Shown: in pieces, positions 1 through 13,154 of the stretch | How positions within the stretch are numbered: position 1 is the first letter of the stretch | Layout: each line of letters begins with the position of its first letter | DNA from: Chara braunii | Taxonomy: Eukaryota; Plantae; Charophyceae | DNA length: 64,000 nt | Assembly (NCBI GenBank): GCA_003427395.1 | Contig: BFEA01000003.1 | Coordinates: 1,232,031-1,296,030 of the forward strand | Direction of reading: 5' to 3' | The notes under the pieces: generated by a model | What the model was told of the DNA's origin: nothing | Database searches by the model: none | What the model saw: only the letters and a program-made list of their open reading frames with translations | Program-made: the position numbers and the translations under genes

Positions 1-361
1 ACCATTCCGAGGATGAGTGGAACGATGGCGGGAATTTCCTCGGGCGACAAAAGTAAAATTTCCTCGGGCCCCGAGGACGGCCCGAGGAGTGTCTAACGAG
101 CCCCTTAAAGAATTAGCCTTTTTATAAGGTTAAAAAAAAAAAAAAACTTTCTCTGCTGCAATAATGTCGGGCAGGGTCGTCTCGGAGGCCATGATCACAG
201 TAGTCCACCGAATGAATCTGACAGCAAAAACGGTCAGATTGTGGACGTTGTTGTTTTCGTTTTTCAAGTTTTTTCCCTTTCTTTTCTTGCTCTTACGAGT
301 CCCCTGCCAGCGAGGCAGGGCGGACTCTGTGATATGCTCGAGCTGTGTTTCTTTAGAGGAT

Positions 362-1232
362 TGTAACGGTGATCACACTGCCACTTAGGGCGTCGTTAGA
401 CACTCCTCAGGGACGCGACTCCCAGGATTTCGTCGTCATTCCACCTGTCCTGAAAGCCGATTTGCCGGGAAAAATTGTGAAAACACTCCGAGGACAAATC
501 CTTGGGCTCCGAGGATTTCCCAGCCAAATCGCACTTGGCTCCAAGGGACCTCGCAAGGTCCTTCGGAGCCAGAGGATCTGCGATTCACGGGGTGACAACG
601 ACGAGTCCAGAAGGAAAATTGGAGGGCGAAGGTGGTCCAGTCCTGGTCCAACGGCCGGAAGACGGACCGGGCATGCGGGAGGATCTGCGAGCCTCGGCGG
701 CGGCTACGGCGTCTGTAAATGCCTGTAGCCGCCCACGATAGTCAGCCAAAGGCTCGCTGGCCTCTCGGACCGGGCATGCGGGAAGATCTCTGGTGGTGTC
801 TTGTACTGTCAATGCCATACTTGATGCCGCTGGAGTCGTCCGTCTGCTGAATCTCTTGGGTCTTGGAGGTACCGCAGGGCGGGCACGAACTGCGATCCTG
901 GCACTGCGCCGTGGCAGTGCCCCGGTGTCTTGTTCCATCGACATCAGTCTGAACTGATGCGGTACTTGAGAGGTGCCGGTGTTCACAGAATACAGGGGGG
1001 TAGGGAGAGTGGGAACAGGGGTAGAACAATCAAGCAATATACATACAATCCCCTGTCCCACTGATGGACTGTAGACACCTAATCAAACAGAAAAATAAAT
1101 TTCCCGTAAATCACTCAAAATTCGTAATAAGAATTTAATAACGATTTAATCAGTAAAATTAATTAATGATAAATAACGAAATAATAATTCTTAATGATAA
1201 TCCAAAAGATAACCAATAATCAATATTTGCAA
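362..1232 (-). mobile_element. Probable LTR-retrotransposon fragment with gag-like N-terminal peptide
   Basis: Begins TGTAAC at 362. The minus-strand peptide RPKRFSRR...TRDLPACPVREASEPLADYRGRLQAFTDAVAAAEA resembles, from memory and unverified, gag starts of charophyte Gypsy-type elements. Truncated by a gap. Confidence 0.4.
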
Positions 1233-2197
1233 NNNNNNNNNNNNNNNNNNNNNNNNNNNNNNNNNNNNNNNNNNNNNNNNNNNNNNNNNNNNNNNNNNNN
1301 NNNNNNNNNNNNNNNNNNNNNNNNNNNNNNNNNNNNNNNNNNNNNNNNNNNNNNNNNNNNNNNNNNNNNNNNNNNNNNNNNNNNNNNNNNNNNNNNNNNN
1401 NNNNNNNNNNNNNNNNNNNNNNNNNNNNNNNNNNNNNNNNNNNNNNNNNNNNNNNNNNNNNNNNNNNNNNNNNNNNNNNNNNNNNNNNNNNNNNNNNNNN
1501 NNNNNNNNNNNNNNNNNNNNNNNNNNNNNNNNNNNNNNNNNNNNNNNNNNNNNNNNNNNNNNNNNNNNNNNNNNNNNNNNNNNNNNNNNNNNNNNNNNNN
1601 NNNNNNNNNNNNNNNNNNNNNNNNNNNNNNNNNNNNNNNNNNNNNNNNNNNNNNNNNNNNNNNNNNNNNNNNNNNNNNNNNNNNNNNNNNNNNNNNNNNN
1701 NNNNNNNNNNNNNNNNNNNNNNNNNNNNNNNNNNNNNNNNNNNNNNNNNNNNNNNNNNNNNNNNNNNNNNNNNNNNNNNNNNNNNNNNNNNNNNNNNNNN
1801 NNNNNNNNNNNNNNNNNNNNNNNNNNNNNNNNNNNNNNNNNNNNNNNNNNNNNNNNNNNNNNNNNNNNNNNNNNNNNNNNNNNNNNNNNNNNNNNNNNNN
1901 NNNNNNNNNNNNNNNNNNNNNNNNNNNNNNNNNNNNNNNNNNNNNNNNNNNNNNNNNNNNNNNNNNNNNNNNNNNNNNNNNNNNNNNNNNNNNNNNNNNN
2001 NNNNNNNNNNNNNNNNNNNNNNNNNNNNNNNNNNNNNNNNNNNNNNNNNNNNNNNNNNNNNNNNNNNNNNNNNNNNNNNNNNNNNNNNNNNNNNNNNNNN
2101 NNNNNNNNNNNNNNNNNNNNNNNNNNNNNNNNNNNNNNNNNNNNNNNNNNNNNNNNNNNNNNNNNNNNNNNNNNNNNNNNNNNNNNNNNNNNNNNNN

Positions 2198-3209
2198 TGC
2201 CCAGATCCCGTACACGCATTCACAGATGAAAGGTGGGAGGAGAGACGAAGGAGGTGGGGAGGTAGACAACACCGATAGATAGAGTCTGATAGGTCTCCGA
2301 TATGGTAGTCCAAAATGTCATACAACANGATCNAAATGTCGAGGCCCATAGGTCACCAATGTNGGAGATACAGAGTCCAGATGTAACCGGNGTCCAACTG
2401 TGATGCAGCCGAGTATCAACCTCAACAATCTCCAAGTCTCCAANCAGGTAAGTACCACAGTCTCATATCACCGAAGTCCAACTCTGATCTCTGTCCAACT
2501 AGTATAAGTCTCTAGTCTGAAGAAGAAGAGAAGAAGAAGAAGAAGAAGGAGAAGGAGGAGGAGGAGAGGGAGAGAGAGAGAGCTGACGAGGGAGGGAGGA
2601 GAGGTCCTCCGCTCCCAGGTACCTCAGGCGGCAATGGCCGCCGTGCTGGCTCAGTCGCCCTGCTGCTGCTCTGCTTGCCGCTGCGCTAATGCTGTGCTGC
2701 CGCTGCTGCTCCTTGCTCGCTCCTGCGCTAAACTTAGCGCATCAAAACAGCGCTCTGGCGCTGACCATAACGCACCGGTAGAGTGCCGGTGGTTCGATGC
2801 TTCAGAATGAGGCAGGTACCGGTACTTATACCGGTGGGGCAGAGGCCGGCCTCAATGCTGCGAGGCCTGGCCATGCCCTGAACCGTCCAGATGGACGGTT
2901 CAGCCCCAACCGGCAGGCGGCAGCCTCAAGAGCGCCATACCGGTGGGGCAGAGGCCGGCCTCAATGCTGCGAGGCCTGGCCATGCCCTGAACCGTCCAGA
3001 TGGACGGTTCAGCCCCAACCGGCGGGCGGCAGCCTCANGAGCGCCGCCAGGCCCAAACGATAATGCAGTTTGGGCCTGCCCGTCGGGTACTGGTCCAAGA
3101 TCAGACCTTTAGGGCCTGTAATACCCCAAGGTCGGGCCTTTAGGCCCTGATGTGTCCTTCCGGCCCTAAGTCGGGTCCGGTAGGACCCGTGTGCGTCGAA
3201 GATGTAACA
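2198..3209. mobile_element. LTR-like segment ending TGTAACA, with an internal 108-bp tandem duplication (~2829-3050)
   Basis: CA terminus, purine-rich GAA/GA tract and an exact repeat of ATACCGGTGGGGCAGAGGCC...; no TSD found. Confidence 0.4.
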
Positions 3210-3348
3210 CTCACACTCACACTACAACTTTTTTTTTTTTTGTGGGAACACAACCACTTCCAAGAATGTTCAATCTAAACACTAGCTAAGCACCCGGGGT
3301 GCGGGCGGTGTGGGCTACGCTCGCAGAAATAACAAATGCAGTGGGTAA

Positions 3349-3379
<31 letters not shown>

Positions 3380-6088
3380 GCCCTTGTGTCAGCCCTCTAT
3401 CCCAGCAGTGGTACGAGAACCGCCAGGATTGAGGGCTTGTCTGCCGGGCTGCTCCACCTATTGGTGGGGAGCGGCACCTGCAGGAAACCGGGTCCAACGT
3501 CCCATTGATACATCTTGTAGCTCAACAGTTGTCGGTCATTGTTTCCTGGGGCTGTGGTTGTTTGTCTTGCTGGTCCGGGACTCCATCCCCATGTAGCTGC
3601 TAGTAACACCCATCCCATCTCGGAGCACCCCTCATCTGTGAACCCAGCCCTGTCCGGCAGCCCCCCATCCCTTTCCACCCTCTACCCACTCCTTTCCCCT
3701 GCATAACATGCTTAACATATTGTCTATCCTTGGAGACTAAAAGATCTGAAGAACTGCAAGGAGGACTGCCAGGAGATGATTAGCGATGCAATGCAATGTA
3801 GTGCGATAGAGCTCGAATCGTTGAGAGAGGATTATGTCTATTTATCTAACTTTTTAAACCCTTTAAACCCTATACCCTCGCCAATCCTGTGCATAGCATG
3901 TTCTCGATCCTTGAAGCCTAATAGATCTGAAGATCTGCAAGGAAACCAGGCAGGATACGATTAGTGATGCAGTGTGAAGCAGTGCAGTAGAGCACACTCA
4001 TTAAGAGAGGAATATGTGTATAGTACCAGTGCAGTAGAGCACACTCATTAAGAGAGGAATATGTGTATAGTACTGTATACCTATACAACTGCCTGGCTGT
4101 GGCCGCTCACATAAACTCAGACAGACTTAAAAATAAAATAAAAAAATCAAAGGGTAACAAAGAATATCCTCAAACCGACTCCGAAGTTGGAGCACAATTG
4201 TGCGTGTGGGTCTGCCACCCTTTCTTTTTTGTGGGCGGGCGAGCGAGTGTATGTGTGTGTGGGTGTGTGGGTGTGTGGGTGTGTGGGCGGGCGAGCGAGC
4301 GTGTGTGTGTGTGTGGGTGGGCGAGCGAGTGTGTGTGGGTGGGTGGGCGGGCGAGTGAGCGTGTGTGGGTGGGTGGGCGGGCGAGCGTGTGGGGGGGTGG
4401 GCAGATGAGCGTGCATATGGGGGTCCGCCGCCCTTTTTTTTTTTTAATAAATGAGAAAAAAGGGGGACACAAAACGAACAGCCGCGAGAAAAACAACGGC
4501 CTACCGGGGGGGGCCACAAAACGGCAGCCGCAGGAAAAAAACGGCCTACCGGGTGGCACAAAACGACAGCTGCGCGAGAAATGAAAAAAGGAAGGAAAAG
4601 ACAAATAAAAAGGGGGGGAACACAAAACGACAGGCGCAACAAATTAAAAAAGGAAAAGGGGGACACAAAATGCTGGCCAACTGGAAAAAAAAAAAGATAA
4701 AAGAAAGCAAACCCGTATATCGGATGGCTCACCTCCGAGATGTTCGTCTGCATCAACGCCAGGAGTGTGCCCCGCCCCCGGGGCGTGCGCTTTCGTTTAT
4801 TGGCGTGCTGTGAACATTTTGGTACGCGCGCCCCTCTTCACAGTCCCCCGCCCATGATTGCCTTCATTCGTCGCCCCTCACCAAAACTTTTTTGACCCGA
4901 ATCCGGCGCGCAGCACGTCATGAACCTCCCCCCCACGGCCAACAGGTTATTTACGACTCCATTTCACGTCCAAAGCTTTGTTTCCTCTTTTTTTTTTGGC
5001 AATCATGTATGTCAAATAACGCCGGGAAACGGGCCCAGCGTCCCTCACATGAATGTTGCAGTCATACAAGGCTGAGAAAGGCACTTCCAGCCAATCCCAT
5101 CCCTGACCACATCCGTCCAGCTGCCGAGACCCCGCCCCCCCCAGTACTAGAAGGCTGAAGTTGCAAAAAGGAAAGGAAAGAAAAGAGGAAAACCAGCATG
5201 CCCAAGGCACAAAGGAAAACTACCATTCCCTTCTTTTGTGAGTTTCACGCCCGCAACTTTTTCTTTTTTTTTCTTTTTTGTTTTTTTCCGTGAGCGTGCG
5301 AGAAAAGAAAATAGATGGGTCCCTTCTTTTGTGGGTTTCACGGCCGCAATTTGTTTTATTATTTTTTTTTTGTCCTTTCCGTGAGAGCATGAGAAAATAA
5401 AATAGAGTGGGACCAAGGCTCGGAGGTAGTATTGGGGGTTAAGGTCATGTGTTAAAAAAAAAAAAAGGGTTGTGAATCTTGTGATAATAAAGGGAACCTT
5501 TTAATTAAGAAAAAAAAAAAGGTTTGTGTTCAAACTTCAAACTTCAAACCTTAGGCGGTTCTCTTACCACCGCCAGGATAGAGGGCTTTCATAAAATAAA
5601 AAAAAATAAAAAAAAACAAGGAGCATACTGCCTGTCCAGGATGAGGGTGAATCCATTCAGATGATCCTGCTGTTGGTATGCCCTCAGGGCAAGTGCTGTC
5701 CCTGAACGTAATGCGCAATGACTGTGAATGTATCCGGCAGGGAAAGATGGCGTGATGCATTCATGATATTTGACTGTCATGTTTTGGTGTAGAGACCATC
5801 ACCAGCAACATTTATGCTATCTGACTCGGGGCGGTTATGAATGAATATGGACAGAGTTGCAGTCAGGTGCATCCATGTCAGTACTAGCAGTGTGAGTGAT
5901 AACTGCATGAGAACAGAACCTTCCCAAGATAACAAATCTTTTATCCGGCCACCTACCGATCTGCCTACTTACCCACCTACCCACCTACCTACCTACCCAC
6001 GTACCCGCCTACCTACCCACCTACCTACCTACCTAACCGCCTACGTATTTTAGACGACACTGTGGTGTTTCCCAGTGCAGACCACATA

Positions 6089-6166
6089 GTGCTTTGGGAC
6101 ATTGCCAAATTTGGAACGATACCCAGAAGGCCCCTGTGCAAGGATGACGCACATAAATCGAAAAGG
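6089..6166 (+). pseudogene. U6: Degenerate U6 copy with internal deletion over the AGC triad region
   Basis: GGGACATTGCCAAATTTGGAACGATACCCAGAAG-[deleted]-GCCCCTGTGCAAGGATGACGCACATAAATCGAAAAGG, followed by A-rich sequence. Confidence 0.8.
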
Positions 6167-6195
6167 AATGAAATGAAATAAATCTGGAGCACGTA

Positions 6196-6519
6196 TTAAA
6201 CCACCAGTACCTACCGCATTTTTTGTACCGCCCGGCCTCGAATGAATTTGGATCAGAGGGGCAGGCAGGCCGATTTTTCTTCCGCGTTAACGGCCGCCCA
6301 ATCGGTAGGTACTGGTGGTTTAAACCAGCAGTGCTTTCTGATGTTGCACGCACCAGTACTTCCGGAGGTTGCGGTGTGCATGCCGCCAGCCATTGCTACA
6401 GTGTGTCACTGCGTTTCCACTTGAGTGAATATATATGCCAACAACCCAGGCCCATTCATCCCAGCACGTCACAAGTGACTTTCGGAAGGACCAGTGGTTT
6501 AAACCACCTCTATGCGTCT

Positions 6520-6554
<35 letters not shown>

Positions 6555-6770
6555 CCCGTCTTGCATGAATTTATCCCAGCGCCCCAGGCCTGTCCATTCT
6601 AGCATGTTGCAGTGCGCAGGCGTCTGCGATTTTCGGGGAGTCCCCAAGTTTGATCCGGGAGTAATCTAGAGGACACTGGCTTCTGACGCTTTCATGTAAT
6701 GGAAATTTGAATTTTGAGGAGGACAAAAAAGGAAAAAGGACTTTGGGGAAACACTGGTGGTCGAAACCAC
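6196..6770. mobile_element. Chain of ACC...GGT TIR units joined by TTAA
   Basis: TTAA at 6196, 6320 and 6499, the latter two as GGT-TTAA-ACC junctions. The first unit has a perfect 17-bp TIR ACCACCAGTACCTACCG. Relatives at ~18260-18435 and 55026-55190. Confidence 0.7.
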
Positions 6771-7441
6771 CACCACGCGCCCATGTCCAAAAAAAAAAAG
6801 AAAAAAAAGAAAAATCACTAAACTCCAGACGAATGAAACGCGCGATTTCCCATGCATGCATGCATGCATCCAAAACTTTCGGGACCATGGGGCCATGGGA
6901 CCAAAACAGCTGGTGCCGCAAACCAAAGAGAAAAGAAATCAAGCCTGCGACCCCGCGTTTTTTTTTTTTTTTTGGGTTCACAGAAAGATCTCAGATCGGT
7001 AAAAGCGGCCTTGGAAGGGTGTGGTGGTCGTCTAAAGCTCATGATGACGATTAGGGTGCAAAAGCACCACTCCAAGACTGACTACATGCACAAAACAATA
7101 TGGCGGTGTATCTTTCCATGTTCTAGCCGAAGCAAGCATTTGCATATTTGGTGAGTAGTGGAGTGAGGCCCTATGTTGAAGNNNNNNNNNNNNNNNNNNN
7201 NNNNNNNNNNNNNNNNNNNNNNNNNNNNNNNNNNNNNNNNNNNNNNNNNNNNNNNNNNNNNNNNNNNNNNNNNNNNNNNNNNNNNNNNNNNNNNNNNNNN
7301 NNNNNNNNNNNNNNNNNNNNNNNNNNNNNNNNNNNNNNNNNNNNNNNNNNNNNNNNNNNNNNNNNNNNNNNNNNNNNNNNNNNNNNNNNNNNNNNNNNNN
7401 NNNNNNNNNNNNNNNNNNNNNNNNNNNNNNNNNNNNNNNNN

Positions 7442-7782
7442 GCAGATGCAGATCCCAGGGCTTGATCCCTAGACCTTACCACTCCCGTGTACAGGATCGA
7501 GGTCGAGTTGACCTCTGTGTGTTTGAACCCGTGACCTGTGTTTTAGTAGTTTGTTGCTTGTCGTAGGTCTGTGTAGCTGTAGGGGTTCGATCTGTAGATC
7601 TGTTGACTAGGGGTCATAGTTGTGTAGAGGCCGTAGCTGTAGCAATCCTGAAAGGTAAAGGTCGTAGCTGCTACAGTCCTGAAAGGTCAGGGTCGTAGCT
7701 GCTACAGTCTCAAAAGGCCAAGTCCACAGACTTCCGGAAGGTCCGGAAGTGGCCTTTCAAGTGTTTTCTCACGTCATTCACA
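7442..7782. mobile_element. LTR-like 3' end beside a gap
   Basis: ~30-bp internal repeats (GTCGTAGCTGCTACAGTC) and a ...TCATTCACA terminus. Confidence 0.3.
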
Positions 7783-8087
7783 GCAGACCAGATGCAAATG
7801 GGCAAGTGGTGAGTCCAACTTCGCTTAGTCAGCAGTACCCAGCCCCAGTCTCACTTTGTACAGTCAGCAAGTACCATTAGGGAATATGTCCACCATGGGC
7901 CCGGTGGAAAAGAGCAGACCAGTGACTTACAGAAGTATAAATCAAGAGGGAGCGTCCAGCCATTCATTCATTCCTGCCATTCATTCCTGCGTGAGCCATG
8001 CGGAAGCGCTGCCCTAGCGTCTTGTGCGAGGTGGTCTGCAGATGCCCTAGGACGAAGTGGGCCGAAGGAAGATAGAGTATCCATAGT

Positions 8088-8196
8088 TACCGTCTTCCCC
8101 CGAACACAACGCACCCTCATTTTGGCTGAATCTGGCCGGAAATATATCTTGTATACATTCATTTTTAGGGTGCGTTATGTTCGGGGGAAGACGGTA
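8088..8196. mobile_element. MITE family A copy
   Basis: TA CCGTCTTCCCCCGAAC...GTTCGGGGGAAGACGG TA. Confidence 0.85.
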
Positions 8197-9114
8197 GTAG
8201 GGGTTAGGCGGCCATAGCCGCTGTAGCTTAGAGGCAGAGTTCAGTGTGTGTGTGTTAGTGGTAGAAGGTATGTGCATGGGATATTCAGGGTGATCCAGAG
8301 ACGAGTACTTGTGAACAGTGTGTGGACACAGTGACGAACGAAGGATGTGTGTGAGCGCTCAGGCGCCATAGCCAGATGGAAGCAAGTTTGTAACGGTTCT
8401 GTGTTCTCGGCTTGATTATCTCTGAGTTTTTGTGTGGGCACACAGCGCAAAAGTGAGTTGTCATCTCCAAGTGAAGAAGAACGCGATTCTGATTGCAGGT
8501 CAGAAAAAGATGGCAAAATTTTTAAGTCTTCGATAGGAAATCTGAAAGATCACACTGAGACGGTAAGGGGGGGGAAGAGAATGAACTTGCAATTGCGGCT
8601 TTTTTTTTTTTTTTACGATTGCTAAACCACTATAGAGTCTAGATGCTATGTTTCCACAAATGGATTGAAAAGTAGGTCCCAATACAGATGCACTGCCATA
8701 GAAACAGCTCCGAGTCAGTGGGCCCTACAGGGTAACAGTCGCTCTCACTTGATAGGGACAGTAGAGGGCAGAGTCCGCACTATCATCGTAATCTCTGTGT
8801 TGGATTGAACAGTGGTGGTGGTTTGGGTTGGGGCCGGAGGAAGGATGACAGGAGGGTATTGAAAAAAAAAAAAAAAAAAGGAAAGGATGACAGGAGGGTA
8901 ATGGTCGGGCTGTCGGTCGGTCTCTCTCACTGGTTCAGATTCTGAGCCATAGGAAATCACTGAGACAGCCAGTATGCCCCGGCGGTCCGTCTCTGGACGG
9001 CAGTAGTGACCGGGAACTGACAAAATGCACCTCGCGGCCTGAGTCATGCAGATATGGAATGAGTGGGTGTATCTTTGCGGAAAGGGGGGGGAGTAATAAA
9101 AGCCTCCGCCTGTA

Positions 9115-9149
<35 letters not shown>

Positions 9150-9207
9150 GGGGGGGTTTGGGTGTTTTTTTTTGTTTTTTTTATAATTTTTTTTTTTTTA
9201 TGGTGCG

Positions 9208-9235
<28 letters not shown>

Positions 9236-9239
<4 letters not shown>

Positions 9240-9333
9240 CGACCGTTTCTCGTCTTATGAGAGTCATCCTTGTGCAGGGGCCATTCTAATCTTCTCTGTA
9301 TCGTTCCAATTTTAACGGATCTTCCAAAGGACT
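9236..9333 (-). pseudogene. U6: U6 snRNA retrocopy, near full length, with long A-rich tail (9117-9235)
   Basis: Reverse complement reads GTCCCTTTGGAAGATCCGTTAAAATTGGAACGATACAGAGAAGATTAGAATGGCCCCTGCACAAGGATGAC...GAGAAACGGTC. ACAGAGA box intact, AGC triad changed to AGA, no USE/TATA seen upstream. Confidence 0.92.
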
Positions 9334-9477
9334 GACAGTGTACTTCGGTTTTTCTTGTTTGGGGAAGTTCCTCTGTAGTTTCATATTAGTGTTTCCCAAA
9401 ATGGCTCTGTAGTCTCACTGGTGTGCTCAAGTGGCTCTGTAATCTCACTTCTCTGCTCAAGTGGCAACGAGGAGTTT

Positions 9478-10615
9478 TAGGGTTACCTGTACCCAACCTA
9501 ACTGCACCCTCTTTGGAAACCAACCACCCATACCCACTGTATACCTGGCCCATCTCTACCTGCTCCAAAAGAAAAAGGCGTGTACCCATACCTGCCTTAC
9601 CTGAAGCTCTTCAAAGTTGTGACTACCCATACCTGCCCATGGACTTTCTTTTTTCAAAACCACTCATGGCCACCTGAACCCAAACTGTTTGTTAACGACC
9701 CGAACCCTACAGAGCCCAGGTTTTCTTTACCCATACCCACCCACAATTGTATGCACCAGCCGCGCCCGTCTCCTGAGTCCTGACGCCTTCTTCGGCTGCC
9801 GATCACACCTGCAACGCCCTCCTGCTGGGTCACACCTGCCATGCCGGTCATGGAAGCTATGGAGGATGGACGATTACGGGCGGCGAGGAGGACAACGGGT
9901 GGGGACGTGAACGGAAGGCGGAGACTCCGGAGAGTAGTGGCAACAGGGAATGGTAAGGGGCGGGGGGCAATGGTCCTTGCTTCCACTACTCACAAAATGT
10001 TGAAAATGAGAAAGAATCTTCTGCTGGAACATTGGAAGATATACTGTCTTTTTGTTTTCTTCTTCGCGTTTTGTGAATAGTGGACCGAGGCCCACTCGAA
10101 AGGCCCAACTCGAAGTCGGGAAACTTTTGGACTTTCAACAATGCAGCGGCCCGGTGGCAGGGGGGAATTTTATTTTTTGGCTGTTTGGGACTTTCGATGT
10201 GGCAGCGGGAGAAAACAATTTGGGCCTAGAACTTGTGGTGGTGGGAGAAGGGGGCAGAGGGAGGGGGGTTGCTGGGTTGGGGGGTTGGAATGGGTAGGTA
10301 CCAGGTATTCCACGGTTACCGATAGGAACCTCTACCTGCCCGTACCCATACCAGTATTTTTTGTTGCCACCCGTACCTGCCATACCTGCTCTATTTATCT
10401 TTGGCCGCCCATACCAGGGTCACCCCCCTCCTCCTGCGCCTACCTGCCCCTACCTGCCCATGATCTCCATAAGGGCAACTGTGCCCGTCCTAACAACGGC
10501 CACTATTTTTTTTTGCCTTCCCATACCCAACTCCCCCTTAGGAAGGGGTACCCAGCCCCACCCGTAACCTGGCGGTTACAGTTGGGTACGGTCGGGTACG
10601 GGCAACAGTTACCTG
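9478..10615. mobile_element. Possible hAT-like non-autonomous element with TACC(C/T) subterminal repeats
   Basis: TAGGGTTACCTGTACCCAAC start, an inverted GTTGGGTAC near 10580, and many TACCTG/TACCC motifs near both ends; no TSD found. Confidence 0.3.
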
Positions 10616-11293
10616 TTTGCCCTCTCTGCTCTTTAGTTTCACCTTTTCACTTTTTGCTCAAATGCCTCTGCCAGAATGCACATGGCAGACAACGTCTTGC
10701 TACAGATTGGGGTTGGCCATCTGCAGGTCTAGATGCACATCGAGAAAGGCAATTTGGGAATGAAGGCCAAGTACCAAGGTGTTCTTTGAAGAACCTCTTA
10801 AGAAGTCCTAAGAGAGGGGAAAGGGGGGGTGTTAATTGCTCTGATGTGCTTGTGGTTTTGCTTAGTGGATGTGTAATATGCTTCGTGCCCCCACGTGCAA
10901 GCCGGTACGCTCCTAATGGTTGGTCTTATGGTACATGGGACCCTGGGACTTGGAACTGGGACTGGGACTCTGAGATGTGTGAAATCCTCTCATGTGTATT
11001 GTTCAGCCACAGGGGGCGGTATATCATTCAGGTATTCATCTCTCTCCATTCAGACTCCTGGCACTGGCTCGACTTTCCAAGACGATTCCCTGTTCCAGCG
11101 GTTTTACCCCATGGGCCCATGGAAGGGAGTTCCCCCCCCCCCTTGATATACTCAGTCCCTGATGCTGCGTGTTTCACCTATGAAGTGTAGTCGGCCGAGG
11201 CTGCCAATCAGTGGTGCCTCCTCTCCTATGCACACGTTTGAATTGGGCTTGTGGTTCGGGAACCTTCTTCTCACTCTGTATCAGCATTAGGAT

Positions 11294-11402
11294 TACTGTC
11301 TTCTCCGTAATAGAATGTACGGTCGTTATCGCTGTATCTAGACTGAAAGTTGCCCAAAATACAGGCATAATGACCGTACGTTCTATTTGGGGGAGGATGG
11401 TA
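11294..11402. mobile_element. MITE family A copy
   Basis: Degenerate TIRs, TA flanks, shared ATAATGACCGTACGTT core. Confidence 0.8.
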
Positions 11403-11770
11403 GTACTATGTTTCTGATTGCCCATGATCACTTCTTCTTCTTCAGTGCATTCCCCTCGCTCCACTACTCGCCAGATGTATGGCGGTGTATCTTTCAATGT
11501 TCCAGCGGAAGATTCATTCTCATTTTGCGCCAGATGTATGGTGGTGTATCTTTCCATGTTCCAGTGGAAGATTCATTCTCATTTTGCGCATTTGGCGAGT
11601 AGTAGAGCGAGGCCCCTGCTTCACTGCAAGGAAGATATAGGGTGTCGCTCCGCTACTCTCAGCATGCGCAATAGACGAAAAATATTATGATGAATCCCTC
11701 AGTGTCCTCGCAGAAGATAGCATTCTTATTTTCCTCATCCTCTGCGTGAGTGGTGCAGCGACGCCCATAC

Positions 11771-11889
11771 TACCTTCTTCCCCCGAATACAATGTACGCA
11801 TTGTACGGTCATTATAGCTGTATTTGGGGTATCTTTCAGTCTAAATACCAGCTATAATGACCGTACGTTGTATTCGGGGGAAGAAGGTA
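11771..11889. mobile_element. MITE family A copy
   Basis: TA CCTTCTTCCCCCGAATACAA...TTGTATTCGGGGGAAGAAGG TA. Confidence 0.9.
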
Positions 11890-12537
11890 GCAGGTCACGG
11901 ACTGGAATGCCGGTTCCTAGCCCCCCGGGCCAAGTCTGGTGTTGAGTTTCCTCAACACCTGAATCTTGACGTGTTTGTGGAGATGTACAGACTGAATCTT
12001 GACGTGTTTGTGGAGATGTACAGACTGAATCTTGACGTGTTTGTGGAGATGTANTTTTTTTTTTTTTTTTTTCGGTTGGTAACTCGGTGCTTTTGCCTCG
12101 GCGTACTCACGGATGATGTCTGTCACAGCCAGGCTCTGTGAGCAGTGCATGTCATTGATCTTGTCAGCAAAATGGGCTGGTCGTCAGAGCTTGTCAGATG
12201 TCAGACCTGCAAAATCAGAGTCACAGGTGCTTGGTGTTGAGCCCTTGCATGCGCATTCTGCCCCCCCCCCCCCTCCCTCTCTCTCTCTCTCTCCCCCGGG
12301 CTGTCCATCAGGTTGTAATCAATCTGCCCTTGCCTTTTGGCGTGAGAGGAATCCTTTGCAGGACTGTCACAGCTTGTCAGCTGTGACACCCGCAAAACTC
12401 AAAGTGCAGAGGAGCAAACCTACACAAGTATGGAAGGGAAGAGGAAAAGGAAACCAACTCGTCTAGCTCAGTTGGTACACCGATGAACTGTTTAAATACA
12501 GTCCTGAGTTTGAATCCGGATGGAATCAGAGGAGTAA

Positions 12538-13151
12538 GGCCTGGACCCCACAAGAACAAAATTGTGGAAAAGACATGGAAAAGGCGGTCTGGAAATACTT
12601 TTCGGAGACTCCATTGGACAAAAGAGGCCGTTTGAAAAACCGATTTTTGGAAGTGCGAGCGGTTCTCCAGGGCCCCACCGCCTGGAAAACACACTCTGGA
12701 AAACTGCACTTTTGCGTTTTCACATGACTTTCCGGTTGGAAAACTGACACGGGAGGACTTTCCGCCGGAATTTTGTGCCATTTCCAGAGGTTAGGGTGGG
12801 TGGGGGGAGGCATGTACTTGGTTGGAAACTCCTCGCCAAACTGCTGCTCCATCGATGGTCCGAGTTGGACGTCCCGTGGCTCAATGGCGACGGACACAGA
12901 CATGGTCTTGTCACCCGCCACCCAGGACCGGACATGCGAAACAGGTGCGCTGCCCTTCAAACGGACATCCGCGACCGTGTACTGGTCCCTTGAGTTCCGG
13001 CCGTTCCGAGCTCGGAGAAACTGCCTTTTCCATCCTCTGCGGTGGGGTCCCGTCTTTCCGCACGCGAACTCTTACAACCCCCCTTCTATGGAAATTCCCA
13101 AAATCAATACCCTTTGGCCTTTTCCAACACTTTTCCTGTGGGGTCCAGGCC
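12538..13151. mobile_element. PIF/Harbinger-type non-autonomous element, family B, 614 bp, TAA TSD
   Basis: TAA GGCCTGGACCCCACA...TGTGGGGTCCAGGCC TAA. Confidence 0.9.
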
Positions 13152-13154
13152 TAA

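Noticed and set aside
1159-2349. Long ORFs of X residues (also around 7.2, 38.4, 45.4 and 50.6 kb)
   Set aside because: Artefacts of N-gaps.
362-3209. A single TG...CA solo LTR spanning the first gap
   Set aside because: No matching 4-6-bp TSD (AGGAT versus CTCAC), and the gap prevents linking the two halves.
3280-3325. Possible Helitron 3' end on the minus strand (GC hairpin plus CTAG-T)
   Set aside because: Hairpin is weak and no matching 5' TC end or second copy was found.
10141-11190. 349-aa ORF
   Set aside because: Runs through repeat-rich TACC sequence, atypical composition, no domain recognised.
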